NCBI GenBank assembly: GCA_002633005.1
Contig: NMRA01000224.1
Location: 377,072-441,071 of the forward strand
Source of the DNA: Phoronis australis
Taxonomy: Eukaryota; Animalia; Phoronida
Direction: 5' to 3'
Length of the DNA stretch: 64,000 nt
In this document: piece by piece, positions 13,803 to 25,960 of the stretch
Position numbering within the stretch: position 1 is the first letter of the stretch
Layout of the letters: every line of letters starts with the position of its first letter
Made by a program: the position numbers and the translations under genes
Notes under the pieces: model-generated
Seen by the model: the letters and a program-made list of their open reading frames with translations, nothing else
The model's database searches: none
Told to the model about the DNA's origin: nothing

Positions 13803-14050
13803 TGATTCATTCATTTGTCCACCCGTTTGCTGTCTGATTAAAGCATTCATTCATGCGTTCACTTACTCCTTCGGTCAGTTATCATTCATCCATTCATTCG
13901 TTCATTTGATTTATTCATTACGTTATGTCAGTAATTTGTTTATTCATTGGATGATTTGCACCTTAATTCGTTCATTCAGTAATTCTCTAGTATATTCATT
14001 CATCCATTCATTATTTCGTCCATTAATGCATTCATTCATGCATCCGTTCA
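13803..14050. repeat. Degenerate (TTCA)n microsatellite
   Basis: Repeated cattcatt/ttca units right after the donor site. Confidence 0.85.
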
Positions 14051-14079
14051 CTGGCAGCTCCCTGGTGCGTATATTTAAT

Positions 14080-15108
14080 AGCTCACTTACGAGTTTCCAG
14101 TTAGTCAATGTGACGTCACCGGAAAAGGGCAAAACCCGCCATATTGTTCTTGTTTTGCCCCGAGTCTTTGCTACAAACGCGAAATCTTACTGGGGTTCTT
14201 TTGGAGAATTTTACGCTTAAAACGTTAACACAATTTAAGGGATGGTAGATGGATCGTGGAATAGCTGTGAATGGAGGAAGAAAATGTGAACTTGTTATGT
14301 TGTGCGAAGTTGTGAACGGACTGAAATTGGAACTCGACCCGGTCTAGGCCTGAATGCCGTAGGCATACAGGGGCGATAGTATACCCCCATAAAAAGTTAC
14401 TCATTTCAAAATACAGCAAATAAAATCAATTGAAACTTGCATATGTGCAAATGGAGTTATAATTAGCACATACTCTGACTCTGGATACAATTTAGTCCAC
14501 AAATAACTTGAACATATCCATGAAAACCTCGCGGTTCGCTCGAGTTTTTCTCACTGGGCGCCATTTTGAGGGAAGTTACGTCAAATCACGCCTGTTGACG
14601 AACAAAAAGTCCAAGGGACACAATTCTTATAAATTTCACTTGATGTTTTCCCCATGCTATTGTGCAAGTGTCACGCGCCAGGTCAAAGTCACCTGAATTC
14701 CCGTAGTTATGCTTCATCAAAGATATGTTTAGAACCAGAAAGGATAACTGAAGAAAGCAAGTGCCTTTTTAGGTGATAATTTTCGGTGTAAAATGTATTT
14801 TTGAAGTGGTGAAAACTTATTCAGTGAGCGGATTTCGCCTACCGCCCGTTTAAAATACACGGGACGAAATTAGTACAGAATGCGATGGAACGTATTGTAC
14901 TGCGAATCTGAATTTCATTTGCCATAACAGCAATGCTTGTTTGGAATTTTTCACACTAAAAGATTAGAATCTCGAAGTAAACAACAGAATACACTCTGCT
15001 ACGGTATCGGGCAAACGGCCAAACGACAACCTTTTGCCCCACTTCCGGTGACGTCACAGTTAAGTCTCAAATAATCTCGCGTTATTGTTATAAACTCGCA
15101 AAAGGACT
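14080..15108. mobile_element. Non-autonomous TIR element with AT-type flanks (ISL2EU-like)
   Basis: AAT|AGCTCACTTACGAGTTT ... AAACTCGCAAAAGGACT|ATT imperfect TIR. Subterminal inverted pair TGTGACGTCACCGGAA..GGGCAAAA (14109-14134 / 15032-15058). Confidence 0.55.
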
Positions 15109-15713
15109 ATTGTATGCGCGTATCTAACGTCTTCCCATAACTCCACAGCTGGAAAAGTTCAGGGTAGAGTCTCGTAGACCCAAGAATCTCGCTATGGAAG
15201 TTACTGTGATCGCGTGCTTCGCTTGTAACAAATGACAATATCTCGCGAAGTCTTTTGTGAGTTTTCGCGAACACACACCAGTTCACACTTTCGATCCAGT
15301 TGTTACGTTTCATCTACAGTTAAATGTACAATGCTTTATCCAATTTCTAGTTGGCAAAAACAATTTCAAACTTTCGCATGCATGACACCATATTTTCTTT
15401 CTTAACCCATGAAAACATTGCCCATGTATGACTTCATCCTAAATAAGACCTGGAGCTCGCGGTTGAAACCAAGTGACGCGTGAATCGTTTAAACGGAATT
15501 TTTGTATGTTTTTTATAGACCTGTCTTTGATTTGGCTACAAAAAATTATTTCAAAATCCACGTGTCCTTGCATTCTCCAACAATAATCGTAATATGTTTA
15601 TTGATATAAGAACCAGCCGACTGAAATATAACAAGCCGGCCAGACTCGTTCTTAAACGATGTCAAATCTTCACTGGCGGCATAGTATAGCACAGCCCAAT
15701 ATATTTATTTCAG

Positions 15714-15834
15714 AAGGATTGTGCGAACATCAACGCAAAGAGCTGTTATTCTGACGGTGACTGTTCTTGCTACGGATTATACATGTGCATCTCGGAAAAA
15801 TGTAAAATGCCTACTCCAGCAAAACAATCTACAG
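15714..15834 (+). CDS. Secreted protein, coding exon 2 (6-Cys mini-domain)
   Basis: Acceptor tttatttcag|, donor G|GTAAGC; in frame with exon 1: KDCANINAKSCYSDGDCSCYGLYMCISEKCKMPTPAKQST. Absent from the ORF track. Confidence 0.85.
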
Positions 15835-17150
15835 GTAAGCCAAGATCGGTCACGGTAATTTTTCACGAAAACCTTGGTTTAACCCTGTTTTCGTGATTTC
15901 AACCTATCCTCATTCTGTCACCTGCTAAGGAGTCATTGGCATCCCACTTGAATATCACACGCAGTAATCAAGTAAAAGTTCATACAGTACTCTGAGTCCC
16001 AAACTGGATATAATGATTCTTGGTGGATGGACATTCTCTATTTTAACAATCGTGTAGGTCACGCGTTTCCGTTTAGCAGACTTTGTGAGCGGAGTTTTCA
16101 TATTTTGTTCCAAAATTTTGTGATATGTTGAGGTTTACAGAGCATTATTTTGCTTCAGACAACTGAATAGGAATGTTGTTTTCAATACCTACTAATAGGC
16201 CAAAAATCGGGCGTGTTAATTCCTTTTATGTGTCCTAGAGCAGTTACCATTCTCACCTATTGTAAAATACCTGATGCCCGTGGTATGCATTCTGTGGCGA
16301 TGTCTTGGCGTTCTCCAAATGCCGAACCGCAACTTGTGTTCCTGCTGATTGAAGGCAGTATTAATGAGGCTGCATTCTCGTATTTGAATCAGTTGGGTTA
16401 CCAATGAACTGTCACCGGCTCAGATAGCCAAAACGTGTAATTGTTGGGTCTTATAGAAAATTTTTACTTATATGTTTGAATTACTACACAAAAACTGCAA
16501 ACTTTTCGTCAAAGTGTACCATTTACTGATAAATGATGATTAAGCATAACTTCCTACATCTGATAAGGAACTCGGCAAAAATGAGTTGTCTGTGTAGGAG
16601 ATTTCATGTATACCTTAACTCAAAGCGGCTACGAGCACGCTTTAGTAAAGAGTGGTTTGAACCTCCTACCATTACGAAATCGGTATCACCTTGCTCCATA
16701 GTCAAGGCAGAGGTGATTCCTCGGCTTGAAAAGAACCCACGGTTCGTTATTGCATGAGACCAGGCTCATCAAACGCACAGTACTTGTCACGGCGGGTCGT
16801 TTTAGCCTGGTCTCAAGCAATGACGAATTACAACTTTTTGAAACTCCAGAAACCGCTTCTCATTTGAGTTAGGAATAAGCCGAGATTCGTTTCGTATTGG
16901 AAAGCGATCTAAATAAAAAACTCGATTCTCTGACAGAACGCAGACTTGTATCCCAATGACGTCAGACGATCTCTGGCCGGTTGACTCTGTTTTATATTTC
17001 TTCAAATCGCCACTCTCTTTCCTTTCATTACACGCATGCGCAATACTGATTGAATTTTCAAATTATACCGGACGTACAAGCTATGTTGCAACATTTCAAC
17101 AGAACTTTCGCTTTCATTGAAAACTAAGGAACAACCTTTTTTCTTTGCAG

Positions 17151-17293
17151 AACACGCTGGAGGTATCTGGGGAGAACCATTTAACCCCGAGTCACTCGGT
17201 GGAGTGGTTGACGGAGACATTTACGACGGAACAGAGGGTCCGACCAGTAAACAATCGCTTACTCACGCCTGGGGTTTTATCGCGAAAAAGTGA
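17151..17293 (+). CDS. Secreted protein, terminal coding exon
   Basis: Acceptor cctttttttctttgcag|; phase-1 reading EHAGGIWGEPFNPESLGGVVDGDIYDGTEGPTSKQSLTHAWGFIAKK*. AATAAA at 17381 and 17419. Confidence 0.78.
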
Positions 17294-17462
17294 ATCCGTA
17301 TTACTTTTAAATTGCGTGATTTTAAAAGCTACATTCCATGAATAAGCATTGCCAGTGTGTGTGGGTGTGCGTGCGTATAAAATAAAAATGTCTAAGATGA
17401 CTGCCGTCTTTAAACTAGAATAAATGAAATTACTACTGTCTAACGACCAAGGAGTGTACTAG

Positions 17463-18612
17463 TTGCGAAGGCAACCTTTTTCCAGGTCATTTTTATCAAA
17501 AATAAGGTTCGTTGGTTATCCCAGACATATTTTTCACTTAATTGCAGCTTTTCGGAATTTAATTAATTAATCGTGCTCTACTCCGGAAGTGATGTCTTGG
17601 AAGGCAAGAATTTCGCGCCAATTTCTTTTCATAGAGTCTGACTGTGAGAGCTGTGGAGTCAGTCATTGTTCTACTTCTTTTGCTTTTGTTTACGAGTCAG
17701 ACAACATGCCACACTGATGCTGCGTACTCTAGCTGTACTTCATCTACTGTCGCCCGTGCCTCTGAACATACAGAGCGTGCAATTCTGGGAACTAGCAGTG
17801 ATTTGCCCTGTACGTGCTGTTGTCTCTAACACAGAGCCTATAAGCCGACCTGCAGCGATGTTGAGTTGTGGGAGTGAATACAGGCCCAGTTCGACACCCA
17901 GTGAAGAGGACAGTTCGTCGTCCAACGAACAGATCTGTGAGCCAAACTTTGATAAGTTTATTGCGGACTTCTCTAAAGTATTGGAGCTATTTAGAAAGTG
18001 CCAGGTGTGTGGCGAGGTAGTCACACTACGGGTTGTAAGCAGTTTGGGTGCTCAGGTCACCATCCAGTGGGAGTGTGTCGCGGGACAATGGGGCAAGTGG
18101 GACAGTTGTGCCTGTGCATACTCTGCCTCATTATACTCAGGCTCAAACATACAAAGTATACCCACCCACTGACTGTCCGTGAAAAAATTCTTTGTCACCA
18201 CTGCTAAATGAACAATGTCTCCGTTACTCACGTCACTACCGTCACTGTGATATGGGTCGCCGACTCCAGTCATTTTCAGATTAATACAAACTAAACAAAC
18301 TAAAGAATACCTAAATCCAACGTAAGTGGGTTCTCTAACAACCTAGTTTGTCGTAGAAAATTCGTCGATGAGAAGTGGTGACGACATTTTTAGAAAAACA
18401 GCCCGAAAAGAAAAGTAGTACAGATCCTCACACTAAACTCAACGAAGAGCCAATTTGGCGCGAAAACCTTGCCTCCCAAAACGTTATTTCCGGAGTAGAG
18501 GACGAGTAATTAATAAAATTACGAAAAATTACAATTAAGTGTAAAATATGCCTGGGATAACCAACGAACCTTATTTTTGCTAAAAATGACATGAAAAAGG
18601 TCGCCTTCGCCT
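17463..18612 (+). mobile_element. Kolobok-like non-autonomous transposon with transposase fragment
   Basis: ~160-bp imperfect TIRs, right end ...CCTTCGCCT|TTAA (left terminus decayed). Internal ORF ...KFIADFSKVLELFRKCQVCG...QWECVAGQWGKWDS resembles the LFxxCxxC..CxxGHxxxWxS segment of Kolobok-type transposases. Confidence 0.7.
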
Positions 18613-18861
18613 TTAACGTATCACAGAAGCTCGGCCCCCATGGAAAGCAGGTTGTACTGATGGGGCTACCCTCATTGTAAATATTACATTAATAAATAAA
18701 TAAATAAATAAAGATCCACTAACGTATTCCAAAAAACAAAGGTTTTTTAAAGATGGATCTGTTTGGAAAATGCGGTTAGCTAAGACGAAATTTTTGGCGA
18801 ATGGTAGAAGGATTATTGTGTACTCCAAATTTGCAGTTACTCGAAGCATGTCAATGAACAA

Positions 18862-19033
18862 TCAGGGGCGACGCAGCACTGAAAAAAGTGGGGGCGGGNN
18901 NNNNNNNNNNGGGGGCGGGGGGGCTGTAGCCCACCAGCCCCTTGTGGTTCACCGCCCATAGACCATGGGTGGCGAAGCACTGAAAAACAAGGGAGGGCTA
19001 TAGTCTCCAGCCCCCTGTGGTGCGCCACCCATG
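18862..19033. mobile_element. Two adjacent tiny hAT-like MITEs (contains an N gap)
   Basis: CAGGGGCG..AGCACTGAAAAA..CCAGCCCC..CGCCCATA followed by CATGGGTGGCG..AGCACTGAAAAA..CGCCACCCATG. Confidence 0.5.
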
Positions 19034-20484
19034 ACAGTAAGGCGTTGCCGGATAAGGCGTCTTGAGGGCCGTGGCTGTAGGAGAAATCGTTGTGAGTACT
19101 TTCACCTGGTAATTTACTCGTGTCTTCTATGACTATGTAAAACATTTTTAATGTATTATTTAAAAGTTGACACGTTTCACATTCTCTTTTAAAAACGGAG
19201 TGTATAGTGATTAACTGTCACATGTGATGAGCATTAGAAGGCGCTGCAAACAAAAGCACTGATCAATAGGGCCGACCCTGATTACAAAGCGGCACACGAT
19301 TACGCTGTATTTACCCACAATGCCACAGTATCCGTTAAGCAATTTGTATTTCATGCCACTGAATTTCCACATATTCTTTGCTGTTGAGGTATTCTTCACA
19401 CCTTTTTCTCGGCTGCAATATTCTATTCGCCCTCCTGCTGTGACGTAGGCTGCAATTCCAATAGGATTAAGATTTGTCTCAACTTCCAAACTTTCACATC
19501 TGGAAAGTTTGTCAAAATTAAGACAAAACAAGCCAAAATTTTAAGTCGTGATTAAGATCTCATTCTTAAAACTTGATACACATTTAAGTTTCATCGCCTT
19601 CCCGACATCAATCAGAAAATGAGGAACCGGATTGGATAAAGGAATGTCGTTTATTTGAACCCAACATGATCCCGTTTCTTAAAGATACCCTTTATATTCC
19701 GTTACTTTTGAACGTTTGAAATCAAGAATATTTCCACCGCTATCCACCTCGAAGGTGGGCGACGTGACCTGCCTGAAATTACAATCTTACCTCCGGGAAA
19801 CAGGAGAGTGTTATCGCTGTGTAATTCGGGATGACCCTGTTGCAAACAGAAACTTTCTGGAACGCGCTGTTGATGCAGATTGTCGGTTATAGGCTACACT
19901 GGCCTATCTACCTCGGGTACCAGAGTAGAAAATATCTGTCTGATCGACAAATAGCTCCGCTAAAACATTTGAGCTCCTTTCTGTCATGAGTTAGATCGAC
20001 ATGGGGCTAACTTAATGTTATCTGGCTAAATTAAGACAAAGCTCGGAACATCATATTTCAGGAATGGATTCATGTGAAACTTTCAGTTACCCTGCATCAT
20101 GCACTGTTCTTTAAACGCTGGGAATTGTTTTTGAAAGTTTCCATTTTTGCACGAGCGGTTAAAAAATAGATGAGTTTTGTGAAAAAATTAAAAGTTACAT
20201 AAAACGATAATAAGATGATAATTTAAAAAACTGCAACAGCATTTTTTGAAATATCATCTTGAACATATACATGAATGGAATTTTGGTCACGTTAGTGATT
20301 ACGTTGCCTTGGTGTGAATTTCGCTAAATTTTACTAAAAAGACATGGTCACGTGATTCAAATAATAACGGATTGGTATAAAGTCAGAAATCGAATTCTAC
20401 ACGCTCTATACTATCAGAAAACATATTATTTGCTTCTACGGAGTTAAGTTGTATAATTTTATAGATAGTAGGTTGCATACATCG

Positions 20485-20623
20485 TTAAGTCCATAAAGCC
20501 ATACATAACTTTAAGTCCATAAAGCCATACATAACTTTAAGTCCATAAAGCCATACATAACTTTAAGTCCATAAAGCCATACATAACTTTAAGTCCATCA
20601 AGCCATACATAACTTTAAGTCCA
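20485..20623. repeat. 26-bp tandem repeat, ~5.3 copies
   Basis: Unit TTAAGTCCATAAAGCCATACATAACT, nearly perfect copies. Confidence 0.95.
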
Positions 20624-22784
20624 AAATGTCACTCATTAACCTGACACGGGCCAGAGTGTGCTAAGATGGACATTTGGTCTAAATGAACAAACATTACGAC
20701 TATCAGTTCACTACTGTAAATTATTGAGGAACAATTTTTGTTGTTATATTTCGCAATCTCTTACAACTTAAAGGGCCTAAACAATGTCGAATCAAATATA
20801 GCCTGCTTTTGATTCTAGAACCTGCATATCACAATACGAAAACGCTCAACTTTAAATACGTGAATTTTATACATTTGAAAAGCACACATATAAGTGAAAT
20901 GGAAACGTTAAAATAAAACTGCGCAGTTAAATTACTGACGAAACATTTTTAAAGCGCGTAGAGCTCAGGACCTATTGAATACTAACCTAAAAAGTCTGTG
21001 GACCTTGTAATGTGACCTGTCCCGGTCGGTCGACATAATTTGCAACCCATCTCTTGCGAGAAGTTTTAACACTACACCCGCCATTGTGCCGCTAGTACTC
21101 AATCTAATGGATATTCCGACAGTTCATGTACAGCAAGCAAATTTGTAGCACGTAGACTATCCTTATTTCAGATCACGTGCAGCTCTTTTCAGCAATAAGC
21201 CTTAAGGCCATATTAATCTCAATTGGCTGAAAACTGATCGAACACTTCATTCAGAAACAAACTATTGCGGACATAACGCACGGTGAGCGATTATTCTGTG
21301 CGAACGCAAAGTCACGATTTTAAACCTGGGCAGTAACGATATAATGTTTTCACAGAGAACCACAGGACTTTGTAGTCTGGTCTAAAATGGTGATTTGCAG
21401 TTCACAAACAAATGAGAATATGAAGCCTCATATTATGAAACTATCAACATTAAAACTCTTCGCAATGCATTTTGTTTTTATGTCCGGCTTCACAAACATT
21501 TACATTTCTACACCATCGAACATCTACCCCTTAGACTACTATTTACCTAACAGAGACAAAACGGCTTAGATCTACATGTATTCTGGCTTATGGTTGGCCA
21601 TAGAAATGACGTCGAGTAACAAATTTACACACTGGTCTCCTCACATCACAATAATCTGCCTTTACTGTTAATTCCATGTTATTCGCTGGATAACTGCAAC
21701 AAATCTAACTATCCGCATATTTGTATACTGCGGCATGATGCTAGTTCGTTGTAAATGAACAACACTGACGCAACACCTATCAGTCTAATCAACTCACGTG
21801 ATTATCCAAATAAAGAAGTCAACATACCGGTAGTCAAAATCATGCACGAATCCGACTCGCGCTGGAGCTTAGGAAGATACTTTTCAGAGTAGAATTTATC
21901 AATTCGATTTGATAGATTTGATATTCACATTGTCTTATGTGCGATATTTCAACCTATTTCTATCGACACTTTTGAAATGTGGTTGCAAAAGCTCATACGG
22001 CCGCGGTTACAATCGCACGAGCAACTTCAGGCATTCAAGAGAAAGTGAAATGCTGTGCGGGCGTAAGATGATCATGGAGCTCTTTCGTTCTCTGTAAGGT
22101 GCCTTGGGACCCTCGGCATACTTACAACCATCTTAGGATTTTTATTTCGAAATGTAGGTTTGTACGAAACCCATGTGTTGCACTCACTGTAGACGAGGTT
22201 TGCAACAACCAAATCACCTGTTCAGAGAAAAATAAAAACCGTAGGATTTCAATACAGCTAACTTTCAGGTGATAAGAAATACGAAAGAATCAAAAGTTTT
22301 CTTTATTATATAAGCGGGTTGTAGCCGGTTTGATCCCTTTTTTACGTATCACCGAGTGCATAGGGAAACACCGAAATGACAAAACAGGAAGAATTAAAAT
22401 GAAAAACAGACAAATGCGTGTGCTGGAGCGAGATTACATAAACGCGTGGATGACGGAAAAGCCTCCAGTTTTACGTGCGCTCGTCCTCAGTTGGCGGGGA
22501 GCCAACGATCCTAATCGAAGGTACAATCGTTTGTATTAAACTCGTTCTGGCGGGGTTTCACCGTTAACACTCTAATAATTCATCAACATAGCAGAGAGAT
22601 TGATTTCGTAATTCATTGGCAGTTAGCGCAAAGAGCAGAATTGAGTCGAGGCTACGTGCGACCTCTGGCAGACAATAGTGCAGCAGTTTCCCGTTACCAA
22701 AGACAACACTGACCAATTATGTATGTCCTCCTCTCATTCATAAACAACTGAAACAAAGTAACTTTCGAAATTCCTGTTGGTTGG

Positions 22785-23688
22785 CTGTGGCGGATCTAGG
22801 ATATCACAAGGGGGGCATTTTTTTGTCCGGCTGTAAACATTTGCGCAAACTGAACCACGATTGTAGATGCGCATAGCACCGAAGTGGGGGGAGGTCGGGA
22901 GGGGGGTTTGCCCCGCCCAAGAATTTTTTCTGTTTTTACCTCTAAAAATCAAACATTTTGCTTGATTCCTGAAGACAAAAGAAAAAAAAAACGGAGAACG
23001 TGTCGAACAGAAAAAACTGCAAGAACCTAAGACTCGAACTCACGACCTGGCGAATATTGCGAGCGTGCGTTACCACTACACCACCACAACTTAACTACTA
23101 ATCTCTTTCTAAGAGACCTACTTATTTATGGTCCACAGCGTTTGCGCGCGAAACCTACGTCTTTTTGTAATGCTTATTACACGTTTTATATTTTGTGCCA
23201 TCAATTCTTAACAAATTTGTCGTATTTAAAATTATAGTCTTCAAATGCCCAAAAGACCAAACCCGTTTTTCGTGTTGGCAATAATGACGGGATTGCTTTG
23301 GTAATCGTCTTAAGATAAAGTTTGACAAAGAGAGTATTGCGAGTTTCTGAGTGATTCACTAAGCCTTCGATTAAAATTCACATCTTACCAGCAGCTTCTG
23401 TTTTTTCATCGTCACTCAGGTTCCATTTTCTTTAAAAAATGAAGTAAATTTTCTTCATTGCACAGTGGAGCAGACGACGGAAACGGAGTCGTAGTGCGCA
23501 GTGCCACTGCCGGTCGCCTGGGATATNAAAACTGCACACATTTAAATCTTTTTTCATCCGTATAATTTTAATTACCGGGGTTAATTAATAAACTCAACAT
23601 TTCCCTACGCTCTTACTGTTTTATTTTTTTTGCGGCAGCCAAGGGGGGGGGGGGCCGAGCCCCATGTCCCCCCCTAAATCCGCCTATG
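22785..23688. mobile_element. hAT-like MITE (GGCGGATCTAG-type ends)
   Basis: CTGTGGCGGATCTAGG ... CCTAAATCCGCCTATG with G/C-run subtermini. TSD not recognisable. Confidence 0.5.
23024..23088 (-). pseudogene. tRNA-derived sequence (SINE-head-like Pol III promoter)
   Basis: Minus strand has A-box TGGTGTAGTGG and B-box GAGTTCGAGTC at tRNA-like spacing; no intact cloverleaf stems. Confidence 0.55.
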
Positions 23689-24153
23689 GTTGCAACAATT
23701 ACATTCAAACATTCTGACAAGCTGACATTGAAAAATACTCAAGTATAGTGATCTATTAATTAAGTGTTTTTATTACCTATATTTCGTAGCAGCTTACTGC
23801 AGAATTCGTATTATTCAGTGAGAAGAATGATTTCACACATATTAGCGGTACAGCAGATTTGAACCAACAAGCTTGGCAGATGCAGTCGCTCTGTCGCTGA
23901 GATAAACCACAAGCGTTATGTTGCAGAAAATTTAAATGACAAAGGCACCTGCCTTGATTTGGTTGTTTTTTAAGTTTATAGTTTAAACTAGCCTATCCAA
24001 TCCAGCAACTATCCCAAACACTTAGCAATGTCAGTTTAAAGGGATTCCGAAACTTAAATTACCATCTATGACAGCAATAGCTGCTTGGTTCTTGACCTCC
24101 AAGTCTGCTGCCGGTGACTCCTTGGCGTACCGAATCGGCTGACAACTTTATTA

Positions 24154-25217
24154 TCAAAGTTCTATAAGCTTGAGTCCTCCGAAAAGTATTTGCGTTTCGG
24201 ACTTTCGTTTCTTTGTCTTCTTTGACGATTTAGACTCATTTGACGCTATACTGTAAGCAACACTAGAACAAGACTTGCTGCTTTTTCTTTTCTTCTTAGC
24301 ATTTTTTTTACCGGAACCACTTGCACATTTGTCCGACTTACAGTCATCTTCTGCTTCCCTGTGTCCTGACGACTCGTTTTCCAGCGAAGAATTTATTGCA
24401 CGTGACTGTGATGTTGTTTTCTTTCTGTGTCTGGCTCTCTTCTTCCCTGATTTTCCACCAGACTTCTTAGCGCACTGATATTCAGTGCTTTGAGTTTCAT
24501 CAACCGCCTCCGATTGGCCAAAAAATGACGGAATCCCGTGTTCTTTGCTCACATGTATATCTTCAGCGTCCAGCCTGCTGGTTTCTATCCTCTCCAATGT
24601 TGTCCTTCGAAAACGCATGGGATCATTGCATCTCATTAGTCCGTATCTGGAACGGGAATCAGCATTGTATATTGAATCATGTGGTGACTGTTGCAAATCT
24701 CGACTCATTCTGGGCTCTGAAAGCCCGCCCAAGCCTTCGCCATGCTTGGCAAATGTTGAAGGCATGTCTGTCGAAACTCTAGGCGTTACCTTTGAAGTTA
24801 AAAAGGAACTGTCTTTTTCAATCAATCGTCTTCTCCATGAGCTCTCGTCGCTTGCATTCATCTTGGAATGTTCAGCCGTAGTCGTTTTCTCCTTTTCACG
24901 TACAGTCGAGACCATAGGCGAGTTTTGTGTCGTAAAAACGTTACTCCCAGTCGCAGACCTCTGGTCTTCATTGTTGCTGGCAGGTTTTGACAACACGCTC
25001 GTTTGTTCACTTGGCCGAGTTCCTAAAGATGCTCCTCTAACTGATTCAACCCTCGCTCTACGTAGTGTTGACTTCACTCGTTCTATGGCTAACAGTTTCT
25101 TTATTTTTGTGAAGATTAAAACACTGAAGACTATAATTACTAAACTAAGAACACCCGCCAACTATGAGCCGACAATCATGTGCACGCCAATCAGTGGTGC
25201 AGCTCTGACCATTTTAT
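24154..25217 (-). CDS. FN3-repeat membrane protein, terminal exon: TM helix + Ser/Lys/Arg-rich cytoplasmic tail; in-frame TAG at 25162-25164
   Basis: Acceptor attttcatttcag|; phase-1 reading DKMVRAAPLIGVHMIVGS*LAGVLSLVIIVFSVLIFTKIKKL, then open to TGA at 24154. AATAAA at 24147-24152 (-). Confidence 0.8.
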
Positions 25218-25699
25218 CTGAAATGAAAATAGACTTAAGTCTGAAATGCACACAGTAGAATGTCCCTTTTGAAAATTGATATACATGTACGTGTACAGAC
25301 TGAAGATGTCACCATTGCCAGCTCTATGACGTGGTAAGGACATCAAAATTTTATTTTTGAACAGAAGCGTAAACCCTGAAAACGCAATACAGATGACGTT
25401 TTTTCCCTTTTTGGTCGCAAGCGTAGAGCGGGGGGCACCCAGGGCAATTCTTACTTGTTTTCTTTACGGGTGGTTGAACATGTCCAAACGATAAGAAAGT
25501 GGAAAATTGCCGTCTTCACAACAAAAAGCGAAATTTTCAGTCATCAGGTGGTGTAGAATAAGGGCTTCCACAGGTGGTGTAAAATAAGGGTTTCTCAACT
25601 CGTCATTCTAGGCATGCGTGAGCAGAATAACCGGAAGCCAGTCAAATAGGTAAAATTTCTGCTATTTGTACTTTTGAACCTGCGCGACAATTTACGAAC

Positions 25700-25960
25700 C
25701 CGTTGTGTCATTCACGGGAACAGTGTCAACGTTTTCCCAGCCTTGCTTTAAAGTTTGAATGGTAATGTTGTACGGGGTATCGGCCATTAGTTGTGTACAC
25801 GTGGCGTTGTTTTGCTGCGTCAGGCTGGTTGCCGTGGCAATACCGTTATGGCTGCATACCATAATGTAACCGTCTTTGTTTCCCCGAGCTTGAGTCCATC
25901 TGGCAGTGATCGACCACGCCGTTTTTTCTGATACTTCTACATTAGTGGCAAGGTCGAGCT
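25700..25960 (-). CDS. FN3 domain exon (membrane-proximal)
   Basis: 261 nt, phase 1-1, attttcag| ... G|GTTCGT; WTQARGNKDGYIMVC...TCTQLMADTPYNITIQT. Confidence 0.85.

Noticed and set aside
13779-13805. ORF-track C-terminus VRMVPFTR of the 160-aa ORF
   Set aside because: Runs past a donor site into intronic microsatellite; an in-frame downstream exon exists.
19211-19531. Polinton/PolB-like motifs (IAAYVTAGGR, KLLNGYCG)
   Set aside because: Motifs are in the reverse order to protein-primed PolB, and no other polymerase motifs are nearby.
20485-20623. CRISPR-like short repeats (also 55755-55936)
   Set aside because: Plain tandem repeats without spacers.
23024-23088. Functional tRNA gene
   Set aside because: A and B boxes are present, but acceptor and anticodon stems do not pair.
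24545-25258. 237-aa plus-strand ORF
   Set aside because: Antisense shadow of the TM/tail exon; no independent features.
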